A stretch of 63,566 bases of DNA, counting the filler, from Atractiella rhizophila (Eukaryota): assembly GCA_021432655.1 (NCBI GenBank). It is 3 parts of 3 records of this genome, joined end to end, with 100 filler letters (N's around TTAATTAATTAA, not from the genome) between each part and the next. Parts side by side here need not be neighbours in the genome. Positions count along the whole stretch, not along the records: positions 30,752 to 61,326 come from MU271707.1; positions 61,427 to 63,566 come from MU271746.1; 1 more part is not named here. The stretch is one strand, 5' to 3'. Positions 50,295-62,072 of the stretch are shown here, piece after piece. Both the position numbers and the translations under genes were made by a program. The notes under the pieces were generated by a model, which was not told the origin of the DNA, ran no database searches, and saw nothing but the letters and a program-made list of their open reading frames with translations. Positions within the stretch are counted from its first letter, which is position 1. Each line of letters opens with the position of its first letter.

Positions 50295-52319
50295 ATGTCC
50301 TCCCGCTCTCGTACCACGCGGTACTCCGTCCCCTCAACCTCCTCAGGAAGGCATTCCTACAGTCCAGCGCAGCCGTCTCCTCTCTCAGGAAATGCTCGAC
50401 CGCGTCAATCCTTGCCTGCTCGTCCGCCGCCCAACGCTCCTTTCCGGCCAAAGGACTCTGGACAGCGCATCGAAAAGGTTGTTGAGGAGGCAGAGCGCTC
50501 GGACGATGATGATGACGAGGACGAGGAGGTTGGATCGGGCTTGGTGAGAAGGAGCAAGAGTAGGAGGCAATCGATTGTTAGTGCTGGTGGTGGAGAGGGA
50601 AAGAAGTGGAGGGTGAAGGAGACGCGTTTAAGGAGGAGGAGGGTGTGGGATGGGTACGCGTTATACTTTCATCCTTCCTTATGTCGTTGCATGTAATGGG
50701 AAGACTGTTGACTGTTTTTGTCTTGTGTTTTTGGATACCAAGAGTGCTCGATTTCGTCGCGCGTGTCGAGGGTTGGATAGACATGTTCCCCAGCGAAGGA
50801 TGGGGATCTCCGTGCGTCTTCCCATCCATTCTGTCACGCCGTACTCAATCATATCAATCAAAGCACCGGCGTAGCTCTCCACCTTCTCAGCTTGTTCATC
50901 TTCTATCCACATTCAAAAGCGACCCGGACAGACCTCTCCGGTTTGAGCGCAGATGCAAGGCTCAAGATTTTGAGAGCGGCCTCAAGAAGGGAAGGTGGCA
51001 CTTGGGCACAGTGGGTACTGCCTTTCCTCCTTCGGCACTTTACTCGAGCTGATCCAGTTGTGCCATTCCATCCCTTGAAGTTGTGGATGCTTATGCTCCT
51101 CACTGTGGCTATAGTTAATGCGCTGAGATACACGACGAAGAAGCGCGTCTACAGCTTATACACTCGATCTGTGAGTTTCCACAGAGTTTTGAAAGATGGA
51201 AGAAGGATAAAAACTTGGTGGAAAGGAACGTTTAAACAGCCCAAGCGTCAGATATAGGAAGTACACGCGGAAGGAGCTGTCAGCGAATGAAGGCAGCATT
51301 TCATTTCGGAAGAGGTTCTGGTAGGTTGCCAATTCAACTTTTTACTCCTACGTTGGCTAAACCATGGGCTGTCGCGGATGATGTAAAGGACATGGTTTCT
51401 TGAAGAGATTGTGGGATATCAGCCTAACATCTCCCGTCACGAAGACGAAGACGTGATTTTAGTTCAACAACTGCACATCTGGGATCCCGATGAGTTCAAC
51501 TTGCATCTCTTCCGGTGTGCTTCCCTTCTCCATTTCTCCACTTGTCAATTCCATCCTCTGTCCAGAAGGACGAGATGCTAATGTACTATTTTTGGGCGAA
51601 GTTTTTATTCTCCCCCCGTTCCTATCCTCTACTTCCTCCTCGAGCAAGGGAATGTATTCATCGTCATGTTCGCCATAGCCATCATCAGCTTCCTCGTTCG
51701 TCCTTTCTCTCTCCTCACCTGAGCTCACGTTCTCATAACTCACATGTGTCGTAGACCTCTTCCCTCATCAAACTTTATGATCAACAGGCGAAAGACAAAC
51801 TCTTGGTGCACACGGAGGTGCTGCAAGAATACAACGACCGCGTACGTTTCTTAATCCTCTCGCTCCTCCCACTCATCTCTGTTGTTCTCTCAACAGTTTG
51901 TCTACCCTCACGTCTTCCCCGTCAAGCGAGACGCACAAACACAGACGGAAACTACTGAAGCGTTCGAAATTCCAGAACCAGAAGAAGGTGTACATCCCTC
52001 TCCGTTCTTATCCATGCTTGGTAGCAGTAGCAATGGATTATCGAGCTTAGGTGGGGGTGGTGGAGGTGGAAGGAAGAGTTATTCCCCTGCGAGAACGGGC
52101 AGGACTTGGAACTGGGGGAAAGAAGGAAGGGAAGACAAAGCATGTATTAGACCGACATGCAGTAAATCATGTTCATATACACATAACATGGGTGAGAGAG
52201 ATAGGGAGAAACAGAGGCGGAAAAGAGTATTAAAGCGGCTTGGAAGGCAGGTCGGAAGGAAGGATTCCAAATCGCTTTTTGATGGTCACCTGAATGGGTC
52301 AGCGTCAGTTCTCAAGTAA
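50295..52319 (+). CDS. Nuclear rim protein Nur1/Mug154-like (DUF2418)
   Basis: TM segments then NALRYTTKKRVYSL, LHIWDPDEFNLHLF, KDKLLVHTEVLQEYND.FVYPHVFPVKRDAQTQT. True 3' end uncertain (52150 or 52319). Confidence 0.75.
52230..52289 (-). CDS. NOP10: H/ACA snoRNP subunit Nop10, last exon only (rest in adjacent gap)
   Basis: After branch site GCTGAC and acceptor CAG, the exon encodes VTIKKRFGILPSDLPSKPL*, matching the Nop10 C-terminus (RVTLKKRFGL...). Confidence 0.75.
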   Translation of the reverse strand: MTIKKRFGILPSDLPSKPL

Positions 52320-52344
52320 ATTGAAGGGGAACGATAGAAGAAGC

Positions 52345-52369
52345 NNNNNNNNNNNNNNNNNNNNNNNNN
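52345..52369. other. 25-N assembly gap
   Basis: 25 N; interrupts the NOP10 gene. Confidence 0.97.
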
Positions 52370-53001
52370 TACACGACTATTTTACTCACGTCCTCTAAAC
52401 GATGGAGGGATGTACCGGCATGAAGTTGAGCGGTGCTGCGCTGTCTGGCGTACTAACCTTTGGTGTCCTAGTTCTAACCACCATGGGTTTTGGCTTCACG
52501 GAAGCTTGTAAGCGTGGAATATGGGGGAAATCGCTCTGCGAGGAGCGCCTGGTCGTGTACGAAACCTGATAAAAGGGAATCCTAACTCGGAACTTTTACA
52601 TTGCGCGGTAGTTTATAAAATTTACGGATTTGACAATTCTGAACTTGGGAAATGCTCTATATCTGGAAGTCGCAAAATAACAGGAGAGAATAGTTGGTCA
52701 TCCTTGAGCTTCTGAAGCCGAAGTAATAGTTTCAATACTACGTCTCGGGGCGACGTCAAAGTGTCTCCTATGTTTCGGAAACAGTCATAAAAGTTTGGAA
52801 CCGCGACCCTTTAGGGTAAGGCAGAGGACTTGACTTGACTCGACTTACGCAATGGTTGAAAGTTTGGATTTCACGGAACACCGCAGCCTCTTTCGTGAAT
52901 AGGAACAAGTAGGCGTCGTTTCGTTTTTTGAAACAAAGCGGCTAAGTAGCTCGACCATAGGGAACGAAGAAGCTCAGTCGTACGTAGAGATGATGATGGA
53001 G

Positions 53002-55205
53002 CTACGAGTTCCGTTGGCTCACATGTGGGAGTTCTTCCAGTGGGGACTGCCCTTCGAGTGCTTCAGGCGTGTAGGTCCAAGCAGGACGGAGGGGTGGAAA
53101 AGCGATGATTGATAAGATAGTCGAGCAAAAAGAGGGCTGCTGTTCAAGTCATCTGTAGCGCATCGAAGAAGAGAGCAAGGGGAAGTTAAATGAAACTCTT
53201 GACATCACAAAGGAGATGATACTGCTGAGGTGACGAACCTCGTTCGAACAGGCAGGGTTGCATACGACCCATTCGCTCCAATCTAACCAGTCGATCAAGC
53301 TTCTGAGCTCTGCCTTCCACCGTTGTACCACACTATCAACACTTTTCGCTCCTGAGGCTGACTCTGCTGCTCCTTCAGCGAGGATGAGAGATACAACCCT
53401 ACAAATCTCTCTAGCTACCGTGTCTACAGATTTTCGAATAAAACGATCCGTCTCCGTCTCCCCATCGGATGGAAGGTGGCTGGTATGAGCCTCTGCACAC
53501 AGCTTCCAAATAGGTAGAACCCAAGTCTTGTTTGCCGCATCACTGCTGGTGGGGAGTAAAGTAACATATGGCGCAAGGTTGACGTGAGCTTGCAAGACCG
53601 TGAGGTTGTAGCGCGTCTGATTGTCTGGCAAACTTTCAGAATTTGCGAAAAGGATGTGCTCCAACACTTTCAGGCGACGGGAATAGCGATCGTGCACTCC
53701 CCTGACCACGTTTCGCCAGTCGACGCTGTTGGAGGCACTCCAGGCTGAGCCCCATGACGCCTGTTCGAATAGTAAGATATCTTGTGCAGAGAGGTCAATC
53801 AATCGATGATCCATCCTCTTCTGCCCTCTGCGTGTCTCGATAAGAGATGGAAACCGCTTCGTGTCGTAAAAGGAGACGAGGTGGGAGAGGAACAAATCAA
53901 AATGCTCGTTCCCGGGATAGTGATTGTGTCGAGAGCCAGCATTGATAGTTTCAAACCCATACCAGCGAGGCCACGAGCCGCCAGGCGGAAAGTCTGGAAT
54001 AGGAATGGGATCGAGTGTATCTTCGTCCCGAGGCGGAGGAGGAAGTGACTTTCCAGGCTTTTCCGGTTCTTTTGGATGTTCTGGTCGTCCTGGCCCTCCT
54101 GGAGGGGGAGGTCCTCTGGGTCGGTCTCGCACAACCCATGGGAGACGCTGCCAATTGACGATCCTGAACGAATCTGATGTTGGATCGCAAATCATTACTT
54201 CACTGGAAAACGAGACAGGCTGTCAGTTTCTTGTTTGATTCTGTGGGGAGACCGCGACGTACAAATCCATTTCCATCCTGCCTTTTCATCACCATGTTAC
54301 TCAACAAATCGAAGAAAGTACGTGCCGAACAAATGCCTCAACTTTCCACTTCTCACCCCAGGAACACAAATCCTGTAATCTTCGCTGTTCATCAAAAAAC
54401 CGATCAGACTGTATTTCACCCCAAGCGACCAGGTCCTGAGTGTCCTACTTGCACAGATGAATTGGGATAGTAATGAGGTTGACGCTGCAAGACAACACGA
54501 ACCATGCTTCCGTAAGGCATCTTTGCAGCAGACGATCCATCGAAATAAAGTATACGAACTGGACGTTCTAGAGAGATTGTGAGGTGCCATCCCAATCTTG
54601 CGAAACCGGTCGAATGCTCTGAACCACAAAACATCTCAGCAAACCACGTGTGTGACATGAGAAGCAGCAAGAAGGCACGAACCAGGTGAAAAAGCGAACC
54701 ACTCCGGACCAGTAGGCTTTGTGGTGTTTGGCGCCCCTGGAAGATACGTGAGCAACCGCCATCAAGAATGAGAAAATAGCATGCACCATGGTAGAGGAGT
54801 GTACCTGGTTTCAGGACACCTGTGGCCTCTCAGTTGACAGGAACCTTTCGCTAACGAGAAACACGAACCAGGCACAATATTGTGTCCTTATAAGAAAGAT
54901 TTGTGAGATCCTTTCCGCCCTCTATTAGCAGGTACAAGCTTACCATTTCGTAAACGCGTGTTCCCCCAGTGTTGTAATAAGTTTGAAATGGTATCGAAGG
55001 CGAAAGCAGAGGTGTCGTCTTCAGGAGGATGACTGGTGAGATCAGCGATGTCCCAACGTGCTTCAAAGCCTGATTCGATAACTGCATCTGACAAGGCTGC
55101 GGGATGCAGTGGAGTCGATTCAGGCGGGGTTTCAGATAAGAACTTGAAGGGTTGCTGGGGAGGGAGCGAGAGGGCTGGGAGGAAGAAGGAAAACCATAAC
55201 AACAT
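53002..55205 (-). CDS. Secreted uncharacterised fungal protein
   Basis: Signal peptide MLLWFSFFLPALSL. Conserved-looking blocks NLLQHWGNTRLRNG, GTLLYHG, RILYFDGSSAAKM, VMICD, LIDWLDWSEWVVCNPAC. Multiple introns; 3' end uncertain. Confidence 0.7.
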
Positions 55206-55554
55206 GATGCCAGTGGTCGAAATCGCGAAAGGATAATCAACTTGATGCCTGCCCGACGGCGAAGGTGGCGGACGAGGAGTATCGAAACTCGACGCGGCGT
55301 CGTTTATCTAGACTCTCGACTTTTTACCTGCGCCGCGTCCATGTTCAATTCTTCGTTTTTCACACGGTCCTTCGGACTTACAAATGAACAGGCCTCTGGG
55401 AAAGGAATGGGAGTGGATTAAGACCTTGATTACCGAGAGACTGATACCAGTAATAGATAATGAGCAGGAGAGTGATTGCAAAATCTATGCTACACGACAA
55501 GCTAGTTCATGAAATATCCACGAAATGCCATGCAAATGCAAACCGACAGGACTA

Positions 55555-58500
55555 TCACAGATGGGGCACAAATTCTTTCCCGTCCAGAACGGGTTTGCTA
55601 GCCGGTGCCAGCTCCAGTGTCTTCTTGAACTCCTTCAAATCCTCCACCTTTTCGAGCTCTGGAAGAGCCGAATATTTATCCTTCAACCCTGCTATCAGCT
55701 TCTCGATCTCTTCCCTCCTTTGTCCATCCTTTTCCAAAAGGAACGAACGCATCTCTTCCATGGTTGGCCGTCCATTCATAAAGGTCTCGAACTCGCTCTC
55801 CATTCCTTGGAGGGAAAGTGTCTTCTTCACGTGGTCCAATTCGGACGGCGGGAAAGCCTGGGATTGGATATGGAAAGAAATCTTGGCTCGAGTTTTGGAG
55901 GAATGGTGAACGTAGGTCATGAAGGCATCAATGATATCCTTCTTCGTCAGAGTGCGCAAGTGTTCCGCTTCCTTTTGGCCTAAGTTGCCCATTCGTTAGT
56001 AAGGGAACAAAGAAGGAGGGTAAGAGAAAGAGAAAAGGAGACTAACGAAGAGGGAAGTCGTAGTAACCACTCTGAATCTGTTGCCAAAACCTCGCGGTCT
56101 CTTGATACATATTCTTGTCTTCTTCAAGCAGTCGATTTACTACGCTCATCTTCTGATTTTCAAACTCCCCCTCTTCCATCTTTTCCAAGAAATTCTTCAT
56201 ATAATCTAAGAAAGCGTCAACTCTCTCTTCGAGATACTGTGTCGGCTTCTCGCTCTGGACTAGGATCGTCAAGCCTACAAAGCCGATTGCTCGTACCCGC
56301 CCAACTCCTACTGAATATCCAAGTTGTTCTTCTGTTCTGAGCACTTGGAAGACAGGCTCAGACATGATCTGGTCGAGGAGCATGATTCGACAGTTGATAC
56401 CAATGTCCTTGATGTCACCTGCATACATAAAGTAATCCAGGCAGCTGTTGCTTTCGCGAGGATTATTTGCTGGTTCGCGGTAAATTAGGCTCTTCCCTAA
56501 AGCCATAGATTCCAGTTAGCCTGATGGTGTAGACACAATGTGAAGGCATACCGCTTGGAAGCTGAAGTGCACGTGGATGAACAAGCTCTTCCTCTGTCAA
56601 TGCTGCGCACCGTAATGCGTCTTCCACTATCGAATTGATGGCCACAGCTTCGTCCCTCAGCACATTGCCATGTACTATTGACTCGACATGCATGCGTTCG
56701 AGAAGATGAGGGATAAAGGTTTGGACCTGATCGGGAGTGAGGTCTAGCATCACCAATGAGTGAACAAGAAGTAAAACCAATGAGGAGGCGAACCTCGCAG
56801 TGCATCAAGGCTCTCGTCAGGCTTATATGCCACGGCTTCAAGAATGTATCCACGGCAATGAGACTTAGCCTGCGTTCGCGGCTCCTCCAATTTGACGTTC
56901 TCAAACCAACGAACATACTGCCCAACAGAACTATTAGCACATCTATGAGGAACCCTGACTACGAATTACCTGATCCTTGATAAGTTCAAACCGGGTTGCA
57001 TCGACTGTAAAATTAGTGAACGTATCAAAGATACGCTTGATGAGCACTGGTAGTTTGTCGTGATATCCTTCAACCGAAAACAAGATAGCATCTCCCATAC
57101 CTCCCGCAGAGATACCGTAGGTGAGACCAGCGAGAGTAGCATCGTAAGAATATTCGGTGAGAGAATCCTTGACGAGCTCAGTGAACAACATGGTGCGAAC
57201 AAAATTGTCGGCTGTAGAATTGACCGATGGACTGAGGATTTCGTTCCTCAGTGCATCGCAACTCAGTGCGGGAGAAGGACGCACGATCGCAGAAGGAAGA
57301 AACAGTTAACTTTGGGTATCCACCATCGATCATCCTTCTTGAACCATAGCCGACTCGTCGGAGTTTGGCGTATGCATATGGGTTTTCGGGTGAACTGTGG
57401 CATTGATCAGCGACATCTGTTTGGAAAAATCCGATATTTACCTCTTTCACCGGTATCTTATCCTTTACATTGAGATCTGATGGTATAAACTCATTCGGTG
57501 CCGGGAGACTAAGGTCTTCAGCAGCACTAGTGACCTGGAACAAGCGCACAGATTGAGCAAAGGAATCCTCAAGGTGAAAGTCTCTTACCTTTCCTAGATC
57601 AAGCTTACGAATTGCGTACTCTGTCCCATACCACGTCTCCTTTTGGTCAAACGCGACGCCATCGACAGGCTCCTTCGCACCGACCGTCACACGACAGTTC
57701 TCGGGCGTGAGGTGGGTAAGCGCCTCGTTGATCACATTCGGTTCATAATTCCGTAGGAGGGAAGATCCGCTTAGAATCCATTCCGGAGGGTAAGGCTGGA
57801 GCATTTCTTCCGCCATTCCCGTAACGTAGCTCATCGGTGCAGACTTTTCCATGTACTTGAACCCCATCTCGGAGAGCATTTGGTACTCTTTGAAAGCCCA
57901 TTCGGGAGGCGTGCTCTTCTTGAGCAGATTGATATAGTCGAAGATGGCTTTGGTAACTTCTAAGTAGTTTTCTGTGCTTGATGGATCAACCGAAGTTATT
58001 TGGTGAAGCAAGAATATCCTGACCTAACCCTTCCTTTGTAAGATCTACTTGAACTTTGAAGAATTCGAAACCGATCGATTTCTGTCCTGGACCGGCAGAT
58101 AACGCATTCGCCCAACCTTTGTTCTTGAGATAGGACAGCAGGGAGCCTTTGCCTTCGTGTCCAATGAAATGTCCAATAAATTGGGCTGGCTATCCCGACG
58201 CATAAGTCACGGAAATTTGTCACACAATGAGGGATACGCACCTTTTCTCTGAATAGATGGGTTTGATCTTGAAAAGGGAATGTGATGTCTAGCATCCGAA
58301 TGTCTCGGACCGTCTTGACGTAGATGAGTGTTCCTAGCTGATCTTTCGTATATGGTCGACTATCATAGATGGTCTCTGCATAATTCTTATTCGGAACGTC
58401 CCAAAAATCTCGAACCACCAATTTAGTAAGCTCATCCAGAGACTCTGATTTGCGGATTCAGTCAGCAAATATTTTTCGGCATCAGATTGACATACCTTTT

Positions 58501-60088
58501 CCTAGAACAACCAGTTTCATGAGATTGGCAGAATAATGTTCCTTCCACCACTCCAACAACCTTTCACGAACATCGATCCCCTTCTCCTTCGGCGTATCCC
58601 TGAGTGTCTTCAAGTTACCCGTTCCGAACTTCCAAAAGGGATGATTCGGATCAGCGGTGTGTTTATCAAGTTGATACATCCTCCAACCGTCGTTTTGGAC
58701 GTTTTTCGCGTGTTCCGATTCGATGGCGTTCAATTCACGATCGCAGCAAGATTCGAGGAAGAGCGGCGCCGAAAAGAATTGCGAGAATCGTGAGAGCGCG
58801 CCGGAGAGAGCGGGTGGGTGCACGTCGAAGAAGTAGTTGGTGCTGTCGCCAGCCGTGTAGGCATTTGAGACGCCGGAATTCGCGGACAGAAACTAAATGG
58901 AAAGGTCTTGTTAGTTTATCTGAGCAGCGCCACTCGAGACATCGCCAAAAGAAATGTCTGATATATAATTCATGAATACATGAGAGAATCGCGGAGAGCA
59001 TAAGCAAGAAGATAATCGCCGGTCAGGGCTATGAAAAATCAGGCACTTTGCAAGTGGATTAACAATGGATTCTCAGCCAAGTTCTGGTCTGAACCGAGTG
59101 AAAGCACGAGAAGTTATGATCGTCTTGATTTTTGCAATATGAGTATGAAGCATCTTTGGTGCTCGCGTAATCATCAACCCCACACCATCTTAAAAGGGAA
59201 AAACAAAATTATTTCTTCCCATTCATCGCAAAATGGTGGGTTGATTGACACCGTCTATTGTGTGTTACTCCAATAAAATTTTCTCAACATCACAAAATCC
59301 TGACATAATTCGCCAGTAGGGTAGTTCAAACAGAAAAATCCTGAATGCGCCATTTTCTCATTGTGGCGCCTAGCGGTTTCTGAGATGTGCAGACTGATTG
59401 ACGACGTCTGATTTCTTTTGTAAACGAATCAACTCCTTCAAGACTTCGCTGATGCCAGGCCAACGGCACAAGCAGGATCCAGAGGCACACGACACACTTC
59501 TCTGACAAAACGACCTCCTTCAAATTACGAAAAGTGAAAACACACCTCAGTATACTCGTTCTCCTTACTCCAACCCTTACTACCCATAAAGCTCAAATGT
59601 TCGACATAATGCGCCAACCCCATCAGCTCCAACGGATCCTCCAAATTTCCCACCCTTACAGTAACAGCAGCAGCGCTCTTATCCGTCTCTTTATCACTGA
59701 TCAGCAGAGCCTGCAGGCCATTCTCGAGCGTGATCAGGCGGTAGGAACGGTCGTCGTTTGCGCTCCTTTCGATGTGTTGGGTGAACACGGCTACGTTCTG
59801 AGGAGGAGGGATCGGGAGCGGAGGGAGGTTAGCGGGTCTAGGACAGGGCGGAGCCGGATCAAACATCTGATGGTTCCATGTGGGCGGTAGACGAGAGAAG
59901 GGAGTGCCAGGGAGGACGATGGGGGAAGGAGTGGGAGTGGCGGCGGTGGCGAGTTTGCGCGTCTGGGTCGCCATGTGGATGCTCGCAAGTGGGAGCGTTG
60001 GGAGTGGACGCAGGGAAGGGGCTGGACGTAGGTGTCTGATGCGCAAGGAAGGAGCAAGGTGGTGGAGCAGCCGGGAGCGCATCAGCAT
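55555..60088 (-). CDS. STE23: Insulysin / Ste23 family M16A zinc metallopeptidase
   Basis: DDRSYRLITLENGL, GLAHYVEHLSFMGS (inverted HXXEH), KFGTGNLKTL, HYSANLMKLVV, HFIGHEGKGSLLSYLK, LTEYSYDATLAGL, LRTEEQLGYSV. Confidence 0.95.
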
Positions 60089-60314
60089 TGGGCAGAGGAA
60101 ACAAAGAAAGAATGCCTTTCCTTTGTTCGGGATCCGGATTTACAGTTCGACGGCCGGGAGGGCGGATTTCTAGGAGCCGAATGCAGCGGTCGGAAGCTTT
60201 AGTTAGCTTTCTAGTTGCATTCTCTGCAACTTCGATCTCTTTTGCCTCAACCACTCAAACCACTCAAACAGAGGTCAAACAGAGGATAGTCTGCTGTCCC
60301 TCAAACCACGAGAG

Positions 60315-61199
60315 ATGTCGGGTGATTTGACTCTCGACAATCTCCACGAAACAGACTTCGCCTTCTCCCTCGACAACCTCGAGTCCCTCAACTCTGGTCT
60401 GCTCTCCCTCGTACAATACCATCCTCAAGCCACTCCATCTCAGATCGAAAAGGCCGAACTCATCTTCCATCGCCGGTGGAAGAAGTCTAGGCTTTCAGGT
60501 GGTGGCAAACCTGCTGCAGGCTCTGTTTCAGGTGCGAGTGCGGCTATACCCAACCTCAATAGTTCTGCAGGGAGTGGTGTTGGTAGTGGAAGTGGGATTG
60601 GAAACGGAAACGTCAATGGAGGCCAAGATGTGAAAGTGAAGAAGGAGTGCTCAGATGTTCTGCCCACCCCGAGCACAACCACAGGTGGGGATGGTGGAGT
60701 CCCTCCTGTCGATTCTCTTCCAAGCACCTCAAGAGCGCACCATCCCGTGCCTTCTCCACCCCCTGAACTAATTGCGCCTCCCGCTCCCGCTCCTGCTCCA
60801 ACTCTAGCCCCAGCGGCACCACCTCAACCACCACCCCCGGCGCAGACCTCCGAACCTGCCGGCGCACGCTCCTCCATCGCTCCGCCACCTCGACGGCGCT
60901 CTACTTCCCGCTCTCGTTCGCGTTCGCGATCAAGATCACGATCGAGGAGTCCTCGTCGTTCGTACTCGTACTCGCCAGCATACAGCCGTCGCTATTCTGG
61001 CGGAGGGAGACATCGCTCCATCTCTCCGCGACCTTACAGGCGCACACCGCCGAGGGGCAGTCCGAGAGGCAGGAGCAGGAGTAGGAGTAGGAGTCCGGTT
61101 CGGAGTGTTGAAACTGAGGTTCATCTGAGGTTCATCAGAGTGACAGAACGAAGAAAAGATCAGCATTGCATGAACGTTGGTGAGGAGTCACCTACCTGA
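60315..61199 (+). CDS. Pro-rich / RS-repeat protein, 5' part (probably truncated near gap)
   Basis: ORF with a helical N-terminus, G/S and P-rich linker and RSRSRSRSRSP repeats. It runs into a repeat patch at 61114. Confidence 0.6.
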   Translation: MSGDLTLDNLHETDFAFSLDNLESLNSGLLSLVQYHPQATPSQIEKAELIFHRRWKKSRLSGGGKPAAGSVSGASAAIPNLNSSAGSGVGSGSGIGNGNVNGGQDVKVKKECSDVLPTPSTTTGGDGGVPPVDSLPSTSRAHHPVPSPPPELIAPPAPAPAPTLAPAAPPQPPPPAQTSEPAGARSSIAPPPRRRSTSRSRSRSRSRSRSRSPRRSYSYSPAYSRRYSGGGRHRSISPRPYRRTPPRGSPRGRSRSRSRSPVRSVETEVHLRFIRVTERRKDQHCMNVGEESPT

Positions 61200-61242
61200 G
61201 GTTCATCAGAGTGACAGAACGAAGAAAAGATGAACCTCAGAT
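61114..61242. repeat. Mixed direct/inverted repeat patch
   Basis: CTGAGGTTCAT x2 (61114, 61125); 36-bp direct repeat at 61125-61160 and 61196-61231; inverted copy GATGAACCTCAGAT at 61229-61242. Confidence 0.85.
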
Positions 61243-61326
61243 AGCTGAAAAACAGACTAAACTACGGGAGCGGGCGGAACTGACACCAGATGCGATAGCC
61301 AGCTCAAAAGGGCAGAAAGAAAGTAA

Positions 61327-61426
61327 NNNNNNNNNNNNNNNNNNNNNNNNNNNNNNNNNNNNNNNNNNNNTTAATTAATTAANNNNNNNNNNNNNNNNNN
61401 NNNNNNNNNNNNNNNNNNNNNNNNNN
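61327..61426. other. Assembly gap with artificial N44-TTAATTAATTAA-N44 spacer
   Basis: Same construct as 30652-30751. Confidence 0.97.
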
Positions 61427-61891
61427 GGATGCTCTAACCATTCCACAATAAAAGGTCGACACAAAACAAATTGTGTTGATGTCACCATATTGCAACAATG
61501 CATCAAGGCAGGCTGTGAATAGACGAGCATTATTGCTGCGCAAGACAGCTGACAATTGCTCTAAAATCAACTATCGACCAAACTCGACGGTGTCATGTTT
61601 ATTAGGCATAGGTACATGGAAATATGCTCCAAACTCGCCATGTTCCGTAGGTAAAAAGGTTCGAGAAGGAAGGCAGATGTTGCAGAACCGATCACATTAC
61701 TTTAAAATCGATTTTTTGTCCACGAGTTCAATCAAACTGGCAGAGACGCTCGATGTCTGCAGTAGTAAGGAGGAACCGCAAGAGATCTCACGTCTCCTCC
61801 ACCTGTTGCGTGACAAAAAGTGTCTCCCCAGTTCTCCGTTGCCAATATTCACCGGACACCCAAATCACGCCAGACCAAATAAAAAGCGCAC

Positions 61892-62072
61892 CATTAAGAA
61901 CAGCATCCAGCTCCTTAAGGTCTCCCAGGGTCTTCATTAAATTTGAAGGGAAAGCATCCACGACTGCAGCGAATCTATGTACGAGTCGAATTATGTCCGG
62001 CGCGTTTGGATCTTGAGGGAGTTGGAATTGCTCCAGCTTGCTCGCCTTGTGTTTTTGCTTGTCGCTAGTCAT
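61892..62072 (-). CDS. ING-family (Pho23/Yng-like) chromatin protein, first exon only
   Basis: FAAVVDAFPSNLMKTLGDLKELDAVLN resembles the ING N-terminal helix (LE.LP.EL.R.L..LRELD). A GT donor follows; the rest was not found before the gap. Confidence 0.5.

Noticed and set aside
59070..59450. RNase P/MRP-like P4 motifs (GAAGUCUUGAA ... UUCAGACC) in the insulysin intron
   Set aside because: Only partial resemblance to CR-I/CR-V and I could not verify the other helices; kept only as a generic ncRNA candidate.
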